Source: Erythrobacteraceae bacterium
Lineage (GTDB): Bacteria; Pseudomonadota; Alphaproteobacteria; Sphingomonadales; Sphingomonadaceae
Direction of reading: 5' to 3'
DNA length: 64,000 nucleotides
NCBI GenBank assembly: GCA_947479055.1
Contig: CANJYE010000007.1
Span: 19,704 to 83,703 of the forward strand
Shown here: positions 58,144-64,000 of the stretch, piece by piece
How positions within the stretch are numbered: the stretch's first letter is position 1
Layout of the letters: each line of letters starts with the position of its first letter
Translations under genes and position numbers: made by a program
The notes under the pieces: generated by a model
The model's input: only the letters and a program-made list of their open reading frames with translations
The model's database searches: none
What the model was told of the DNA's origin: nothing

Positions 58144-59607
58144 TCAGCGCGCAGCCTCGGCCTTCGCCATCAGCACCGGCAAGCTGCTGGCATAGTGGTG
58201 GGTGAATTGCAGTCCGAACAGGCTCCAGGCAACATTGGCCTGCTCGAAATGGTCAAGCCGGGCGAGCGTTGCCTGCGCGCCGATTGTGGCAAACATCGCG
58301 CCATAGACATCGAAATAGCGCAGCCGGTATTCGCTGATCGGCGGGCCGCCCGCCTCGTGGTACATCTCCATAAAGCTGACCCGGTCAACCTTGTCGCCGA
58401 CAGTGGCGAACAACATGGCAAAATCCTCCGCCGGGTCGCCCGCCCGCGAATTCTCCCAGTCGAGCAGCGCCACCAGCTTGCCATCGGCGATCATCATGTT
58501 GTGCAAGCCCACATCGCCGTGGATCAGGCAGGGTGCAAGTTCATCATCGGGGACATTAGCGCGCAGCCAGGCGATCCCCTGCGCCACGATCGGCGAGGGT
58601 TCCACCCCGCTCAGCGCAATCTGGTCGGCCCAGTAATCAACCAGTCCCAGCGTGTTGGCACGCATGCCGGGCATGGCCAGCCAACGGGCCAGATGCGATC
58701 GCGCGATCAGCGGGTCGTGCGGATCGAGCGGAATGGAGTGGATCCGGGCCATGGCCTGCGCCAGCATCCTCACCACGGCCAAGGGCAGTTCCCGGTCACC
58801 GCCCTTGGCCGTGCCATAGACTTCGCCCGCGACCTTGCGGCTGACAAAGAAGCGGCGGCCCAGCCGGTTCTCGTCCGCTTCCAGCCACAGCGGTTCGGCC
58901 ACAGGCAGTCCGGCACGGAAAGCGGTCTGCACCACCGGGAATTCGTTGCGGATATCCATCCCGTCGAGCTCCATGAACTTCACCGGCGGTTCGACCCGCG
59001 CGACCAATTGCTGTGTCCCGTTCACAGCGTCTTCGGTCTCGAACAGCAGGGTGAACTTGGAAAAGCCCCCCGGAATCATGCGGCACTGGGTAAGCCGCAA
59101 ATCAGTCCATTCCGGCCAGCGCTCGCGCAGATAGGCCTCGAAAGCGTCGCGGGTGAACATCCCACTGTCCCCGCCCTTGCCGCCCGCGTCAGTCAGCCGG
59201 TGGGCATAGAGGCTGAGTTCCCAGGTCGAGGCATCGGCCAGGAACCGGCGAACCTCCGCTGCCGCGCTCCCCGCGACCTGGGTCACGAGGCTTTCCAGTG
59301 CTTCGGTGACAGCCTCGGTCGCGATATCGAGCATCTCCGGGTGTGGATGTTCGCCAAAGGAGGGATAGGCATCGGCCGGATGGCCCGGCTCGGTCACACC
59401 CGGCAGGGCTCGACCCCGGTCGAGCAACTCGCGCGCCTGCCGGTAGTAATCGAGGTAGAATTCCGGCTGTTCGCGCAACATCAGCTCGTTGGCGCAGACA
59501 TCGATCACACCGAGCAGCGACAGCAGCTCGGGCCGGTCGGTCTGGGCGGCTGCCATCGCCGCGCTGGTGCGCAGCGTGCGGATCAGGGCCTTGCGGCGAG
59601 GACGCAT
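58144..59607 (-). CDS. phosphotransferase (APH-like kinase) family protein, long form
   Basis: 487 aa with the catalytic motif LIHGDVGLHNMM and LLDWE. About 150 aa of extra N-terminal region. Confidence 0.8.
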   Translation of the reverse strand: MRPRRKALIRTLRTSAAMAAAQTDRPELLSLLGVIDVCANELMLREQPEFYLDYYRQARELLDRGRALPGVTEPGHPADAYPSFGEHPHPEMLDIATEAVTEALESLVTQVAGSAAAEVRRFLADASTWELSLYAHRLTDAGGKGGDSGMFTRDAFEAYLRERWPEWTDLRLTQCRMIPGGFSKFTLLFETEDAVNGTQQLVARVEPPVKFMELDGMDIRNEFPVVQTAFRAGLPVAEPLWLEADENRLGRRFFVSRKVAGEVYGTAKGGDRELPLAVVRMLAQAMARIHSIPLDPHDPLIARSHLARWLAMPGMRANTLGLVDYWADQIALSGVEPSPIVAQGIAWLRANVPDDELAPCLIHGDVGLHNMMIADGKLVALLDWENSRAGDPAEDFAMLFATVGDKVDRVSFMEMYHEAGGPPISEYRLRYFDVYGAMFATIGAQATLARLDHFEQANVAWSLFGLQFTHHYASSLPVLMAKAEAAR

Positions 59608-59619
59608 CGCTTGCCGGCC

Positions 59620-60642
59620 TCAGGTAAACGCACGAACGAAATCGTTAAACTGAACGTTCTGGATTTCACCGTGACCGATCCGGCCGTTGTAATTCCACTC
59701 GATCATGCAGACCGGGCAACGGATATTGAGCCACGCAGTCAGCGGCGTCGCTGCCAGCACCTTGCCGTGCAACTCATGCACCCGGCCATGCTCGTCGGTG
59801 ATCTTGAGATACATCGCCCGCGGCATCAGATCGGCGGGGTCGTAATCGATTTTCGAGCGCAGGTCAGTGACGATGCATTTTGCGCCATCGACCACCATCC
59901 AGCCAAAGCGCAGGGTCGATCCGGGCGGAATCTCGAACCTGCCCTTCCAGATCGGATCGAGCGCCTCGTCCTCCATCCCCACGACGCAGAACGAAAGGTC
60001 CGGCCCGAAGGCCCCGGTGGTCCAGGAGTTGGGCGGAATGCCCATCGGGTCTTCCATCCGGTATTCGCCGAAGGATCGGTCTCGCAGGGAAAAGCAATCG
60101 ACCGCAAAGCTCTCTCCGCGCAGGGTCACTTCGCCAGTGCAGTGCATGGTCTGCTCAAAGTGGTTATTGCTCGGCCAGACCAGCGGCTCAGTCACAGCTT
60201 CCTGCAGGATGTCAAAGCTGTTGCCGCGATCCGGATCGCTGTAGCGCAAGCGGAAGGTCCTGCCGATCTCCGGCATCTCGATCGAGAGCCCGCTGTCCAG
60301 CGTGAAATTGAAGAAACCGTCCTTGAAGACATCCCCGCTCATGTAGCCACGAAAATCAAACAGCTCGCAGCTCAGATTGATCGGCTTGATTCCGCGCCAG
60401 GCCATCGTGCCCGAAGTCAGCGTCCGAAGATTGGGATGATACCACACCCAGGTGAAGCAATGCAGCTGCGCTTCTGGCACATAGAAGCCATAATATTGCG
60501 TCTCGGTCAGCGCATAGTGAGGCTTTTCCGCCTGGATTTCCGGGTGCAGCTCCTCGTCGCGCGGGCTGTAGGTGCCGAATTCCGGTTTGTGATACTGGAC
60601 AAAATAGGCCGAGCCCAGTTCAAGATCAGATGCCTTTGCCAT
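59620..60642 (-). CDS. hypothetical protein, 340 aa, no family recognised by eye
   Basis: ATG lies 7 nt after AGGAGAA, which overlaps the EthD stop. Trp/Tyr-rich, probably all-beta. Operonic, with 12-nt gaps on both sides. Confidence 0.7.
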   Translation of the reverse strand: MAKASDLELGSAYFVQYHKPEFGTYSPRDEELHPEIQAEKPHYALTETQYYGFYVPEAQLHCFTWVWYHPNLRTLTSGTMAWRGIKPINLSCELFDFRGYMSGDVFKDGFFNFTLDSGLSIEMPEIGRTFRLRYSDPDRGNSFDILQEAVTEPLVWPSNNHFEQTMHCTGEVTLRGESFAVDCFSLRDRSFGEYRMEDPMGIPPNSWTTGAFGPDLSFCVVGMEDEALDPIWKGRFEIPPGSTLRFGWMVVDGAKCIVTDLRSKIDYDPADLMPRAMYLKITDEHGRVHELHGKVLAATPLTAWLNIRCPVCMIEWNYNGRIGHGEIQNVQFNDFVRAFT

Positions 60643-60654
60643 CGCGCAGTTCTC

Positions 60655-61038
60655 CTAGACGTCGATACGCGGGGATGAGGCGACTTCCTCGGTAGTGAAG
60701 ACGATCTTCTGGGTCCGGTCGAGCCACAGTTCCTCGTCAGCGATGAACTCGGCGAAGATTCCCGGCTGCTGGGCGATCCGCTGGAATTCGGCAAGGTCTT
60801 CCCTGCTTCTGAAAGAAATGGTGGTGATCGCGTCGACCATCGTCTCCGCCCACGGATCGGCCCGGTCGGATGTGCTACCAGCGTGGGCTCCCTGAGCGAT
60901 CGTGTAATTGCGCAGGTACCGGGCATAAAGGTGGCCAAGATGTTTCATCGCCAGGGTCGCGTGGTGCTCATAACCACGGCGGAAATCTTCCTTGGAGGTT
61001 CCCGGCTTGCGTTTCAGCAACAAGGTGATGTTGATCAT
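60655..61038 (-). CDS. EthD domain protein
   Basis: ATG 61038 follows GGGAGAA. 127 aa, MINITLLLKRKPGTSKEDFRRGYEHH..., a dimeric alpha/beta-barrel EthD-like pattern. Confidence 0.75.
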   Translation of the reverse strand: MINITLLLKRKPGTSKEDFRRGYEHHATLAMKHLGHLYARYLRNYTIAQGAHAGSTSDRADPWAETMVDAITTISFRSREDLAEFQRIAQQPGIFAEFIADEELWLDRTQKIVFTTEEVASSPRIDV

Positions 61039-61154
61039 GCCATTCTCCCGCATTTTGTTTGGGAGAAGCTATGCGCTTCGTGCGACTGCGCAAAGCGGGA
61101 TTTCACCACTTGCGCGCTCAGGCAAGGCTGTGCGCCTCGCCACCATCACCCACG

Positions 61155-62522
61155 TCAGCGCGCCCGGGGCAATTCCAGCCGGACCAGCAGCCCACCGAGG
61201 TCCTCGCTCTCGTCGAGGCTGACGGCGCCACCATAGATTTCCGCGACATCGCGCACGATCGCCAGGCCCAGTCCGGTGCCAGGCTTGCCGGTATCGAGCC
61301 GGGCACCACGATCGAATATCCGCATGCGCTCCGCCTCCGGGATGCCGGCGCCATCATCCTCGACGATGACCACGCAGCGTTCGGCTCCGGGCTCCGCATC
61401 GACGGTCACAAACACGCTGCCTCCACCATATTTGGCGGCATTTTCCACCAGATTTCCGAGAATCTCGTCGAGATCCTGTCGCTCGATCGCGACCTGCGCC
61501 TCGTGGTTGCCGTCCATGTCGAAGCGGATATCGGGATAAAGTCGGCTAACCGCACGATACACCGCCTCGGCGCTTTCCCACACGGCAATGCGCGCCTGCC
61601 CAGCGGCGCGGCGCCCGACCGCGCGGGCGCGGGCGAGATGATGGTCGACCTGCCTGCGCATCACCGCTGCTTCTCGAATCACCGTCTCTGGGAGATCCGG
61701 GGCATGGGCCGTGGCGGCGTTCATCACCACGGTCAGCGGGGTCTTGAGCGCGTGGGCGAGGTTCCCGGCATGGGTCCGCGCTTCCTCCGCCTGCCGCTGC
61801 GAATGGGCGAGCAGCGCGTTCAGTTCCTCGACCAACGGCTGGACTTCCAGCGGAAGCGGCTCGGTCACCCGATTTTCGCCCGCCTCGCGCATCCGCTTGA
61901 TCGCCCGGCGGACGCCACGCAAGGGACGCAGGCCGTACCAGTTCTGCAGCACAGCCAGCATGAACAGGCCAATGCCCAGCACGGCAAAGCTCCAGGCGAG
62001 AATCGCGCGAATCCTGCTGATCTGGGAATCGAGCTCTGCCCGGCTGGCGGCCACCGCGAACCACCAGCGAGTTTTATTGCCCGGCAGGATGATCGAACGT
62101 TCGATCACCCGCAGCGGTTCGCCCGCGAACTGGTCGGTGTCATAGATATGGACGTCGGCATCAGCGTGGTTGCTGTCGAGCGCAAGGCTGCGGTCCCACA
62201 GTGAGCGAGAGGGAAAGTCCTCGTGGCCTTTGCCGCTGATCTGCCAATAGAGCCCGCTGTTCGGTTCAAGGAAACGCTGGTCCCCCAGCGGCCGGTTGAA
62301 GAACACTTCGCCATCCGGCCCGACTTCCGCCGCGCCAATCATGGCGGTGAGCATATATTCGAGCTGCTCGTCGAAATTGCGGGTGATGAGGCTCGTCAGC
62401 GTGCGATCAAGCGTGATCCCGCCGACCAGTAGCAGGATGGTGATCCACCCCGCCGCAATCAGCATCATCCGCCGGGAAAGGCTGCCGGTATGCGACGGAG
62501 TTTGCGGAGGCACGGTGGCCAC
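61155..62522 (-). CDS. sensor histidine kinase (PhoQ/QseC-like architecture)
   Basis: Two TM segments, HAMP, H-box NLAHALKTPL, N-box NLVENAAKY and a G-box (GTGLGLAIV). The start is uncertain (GTG 62522, GTG 62513 or ATG 62468). Confidence 0.85.
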   Translation of the reverse strand: MATVPPQTPSHTGSLSRRMMLIAAGWITILLLVGGITLDRTLTSLITRNFDEQLEYMLTAMIGAAEVGPDGEVFFNRPLGDQRFLEPNSGLYWQISGKGHEDFPSRSLWDRSLALDSNHADADVHIYDTDQFAGEPLRVIERSIILPGNKTRWWFAVAASRAELDSQISRIRAILAWSFAVLGIGLFMLAVLQNWYGLRPLRGVRRAIKRMREAGENRVTEPLPLEVQPLVEELNALLAHSQRQAEEARTHAGNLAHALKTPLTVVMNAATAHAPDLPETVIREAAVMRRQVDHHLARARAVGRRAAGQARIAVWESAEAVYRAVSRLYPDIRFDMDGNHEAQVAIERQDLDEILGNLVENAAKYGGGSVFVTVDAEPGAERCVVIVEDDGAGIPEAERMRIFDRGARLDTGKPGTGLGLAIVRDVAEIYGGAVSLDESEDLGGLLVRLELPRAR

Positions 62523-62532
62523 GCAGCTCTCC

Positions 62533-63210
62533 CTAGCCGCGCGGCGCGTCGGCAGGATCGTCGAGGCTGTAGCCGAGGCCACGGATGGTGGTGATCACAT
62601 CGGCTCCCAGCTTCTTGCGGATGCGGGTGACGAAAACCTCTATCGTGTTAGAATCACGGTCGAAATCCTGGTCGTATATATGTTCGATCAGCTCGGTCCG
62701 GCTGACCACCTTGCCCTTGTGGTGCATGAGATAGGACAGCAACTTGTATTCCTGCGCGGTCAGCTTCACCGGCTCGCCGGCCAACGTGACCCGGCCCGAG
62801 CGGGTATCAAGCCGGACATCGCCGGCGGTCAGCTCCGACGAAGTATTGCCCGAAGCGCGGCGGATCAGCGCGCGCAGGCGGGCGATCAGTTCTTCGGTGT
62901 TGAACGGCTTGGCGAGGTAGTCATCGGCCCCGGCATCGAGCCCGGCAACCTTGTCCGACCAGCTGTCGCGAGCGGTCAGCACCAGCACCGGGAAACTGCG
63001 CCCTTCGCGCCGCCACATCCCCAGCACGGTCAGCCCGTCGATCTCCGGCAGGCCGAGGTCGAGCACCACGGCGTCATATTCCTCGGTCGAGCCCATGAAA
63101 TGCCCGTCTTCACCATCGGTGGACAGGTCCACCGCATAGCCGGTCTGTTCCAGCGTCGATTTGAGCTGCTGGCCGAGTGTCGGCTCGTCCTCGACAATCA
63201 GGATGCGCAT
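62533..63210 (-). CDS. OmpR/PhoB family response regulator
   Basis: 225 aa with receiver MRILIVEDE...DAVVLDLGLP and a winged-helix C-terminus (LTAQEYKLLSYLM...IRGLGY). Confidence 0.92.
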   Translation of the reverse strand: MRILIVEDEPTLGQQLKSTLEQTGYAVDLSTDGEDGHFMGSTEEYDAVVLDLGLPEIDGLTVLGMWRREGRSFPVLVLTARDSWSDKVAGLDAGADDYLAKPFNTEELIARLRALIRRASGNTSSELTAGDVRLDTRSGRVTLAGEPVKLTAQEYKLLSYLMHHKGKVVSRTELIEHIYDQDFDRDSNTIEVFVTRIRKKLGADVITTIRGLGYSLDDPADAPRG

Positions 63211-63293
63211 TCGCCGTTTCCCCTATCTGGCGTCCGGATGGAAATTGGTGCTTTCCGGCTAAACCGTCAAGCGACCCTTTTGTTGCAATGCAA

Positions 63294-63602
63294 TCAGTTG
63301 CTCCGCCGCAGGACCAGGCCGGTGCGGGCATCGACATCGAGCCACACCACACGCCCGTCGCGGATGAACTTGAGACGATAGGCCATCGCCGTGGCATCAT
63401 ATTCCGGCCCGAGATATTGCGAACCGCGCATCTGCGGCAGCACCCGCCCCTCGATCTCGCGCAACGAGCGGACATTGCCGGCGCGCATGTCCTTGCGCAC
63501 TTCGCCTTGATCGTCGCGCTTGGCAAGCGCGGGCGAGGCGGCAAGGCCAGTGGCGAACACGGCACCGGCGGCGAGCAGGAGGGGAGCAATCAGGCGTTTC
63601 AT
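63294..63602 (-). CDS. PepSY domain-containing periplasmic protein
   Basis: Start at MKRLIAPLLL (63602). A signal peptide followed by one PepSY-like module (YRLKFIRDGRVVWLDVDARTG). Confidence 0.75.
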   Translation of the reverse strand: MKRLIAPLLLAAGAVFATGLAASPALAKRDDQGEVRKDMRAGNVRSLREIEGRVLPQMRGSQYLGPEYDATAMAYRLKFIRDGRVVWLDVDARTGLVLRRSN

Positions 63603-63670
63603 AACAACCCTGTGCCTAAGCTGCCGGGATTGAACAAGGTGTGAATGCGGCTGAAACCTCCGATGCAGTT

Positions 63671-64000
63671 TCATTGCGCCCTTAGCATTGCAATATACCG
63701 CTCACGGATCGCCCGCGCCAGTGGGCCGGGCCTGCCATCGGCGATCATCCGCCCGTCCACCTCCACCACCGGCAGCACCAGCGTTCCGGCGGCGGAAACG
63801 AAGGCCTCGCGCGCGGCAAACAATTCGACGGGGGTAAAGGGCCGCTCCTCGATCGACAGCCCCATGTCCCGCGCGATCGCCAGGACGCTGATGCGCGTCA
63901 CGCCCGGCAGCACGCCATGATCGACCGGGTGGGACACCAGCACGCCGCGCGCGTCGATGATATGGGCGTTCTGGCTGGTCGCCTCGGTCACGACGCCATC
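63671..64000 (-). CDS. class IV aminotransferase (D-amino-acid / branched-chain type), C-terminal part, truncated by window edge
   Basis: GVLPGVTRISVL...EAFVSAAGTLVLPVVEVDG is typical of the fold-type IV C-terminal domain. The reading frame stays open to position 64000. Confidence 0.75.
   Translation of the reverse strand, partial: DGVVTEATSQNAHIIDARGVLVSHPVDHGVLPGVTRISVLAIARDMGLSIEERPFTPVELFAAREAFVSAAGTLVLPVVEVDGRMIADGRPGPLARAIRERYIAMLRAQ

Noticed and set aside
58066-60678. 870-aa plus-strand ORF, the longest in the window
   Set aside because: It is antisense to three well-supported minus-strand genes that have SD sequences and recognisable kinase motifs. It has an Arg/His/Gly/Pro-rich composition and no motifs, so it is a GC artefact.
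1-64000. Search for CRISPR arrays, transposases, integrases, phage genes, restriction-modification or known defence systems
   Set aside because: None was recognised in any frame. The only mobile-element-like feature is the non-autonomous TIR element at 36063..36334.

Overview
High-GC alphaproteobacterial chromosome segment. Gene content and order point to Sphingomonadaceae, possibly Novosphingobium-like; this is inference from synteny, the missing lpx genes and a P450cam-like CYP101 gene, with no database search. About two thirds of the window is conserved housekeeping sequence. It runs dapF-mtaB-ftsY-yciB, kup, then a contiguous ccmCDEFGHI cytochrome c maturation operon with four 4-nt start/stop overlaps, a Leu/Glu-type dehydrogenase, tRNA-His and rpmE. 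Next comes the envelope/translation supercluster rpsB-tsf-pyrH-frr-uppS-cdsA-dxr-rseP-bamA-skp-fabZ, which has no lpxD/lpxA/lpxB. This is followed by psd-pssA, tRNA-Tyr, rlmB, hupB-lon, and ffs(SRP RNA)-dnaX-ybaB, an NDUFS4-like gene, hrpB, ispB and chorismate mutase. Accessory-looking parts are: (i) an AUR1/PAP2_3-like membrane protein of lower GC wedged between psd-pssA and tRNA-Tyr; (ii) a 510-bp intergenic region holding a 112-bp tandem duplication plus a 272-bp element with 32-bp terminal inverted repeats that supplies the last codons and stop of hrpB; (iii) a redox/hydrolase island at 40.9-47.1 kb (VOC, amidohydrolase, 2 SDRs, LLM oxidoreductase, an APH-like kinase and two coupled small ORFs); (iv) an Rrf2-headed sulfate uptake locus (sbp-cysTWA-yezD) followed by a TonB-dependent receptor; (v) an orphan RTX calcium-binding protein; (vi) an orphan CYP101-type P450 convergent with an eight-gene co-directional block (PepSY, OmpR-type regulator, histidine kinase, EthD, unknown 340-aa protein, second APH-like kinase, NTF2-like protein). 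No CRISPR array, transposase, integrase, prophage or recognisable defence system was seen. The best candidates for undescribed biology are the kinase-containing tailoring operon, the lipid head-group enzyme candidate and the TIR element. All are modest, and none is demonstrated from sequence alone.
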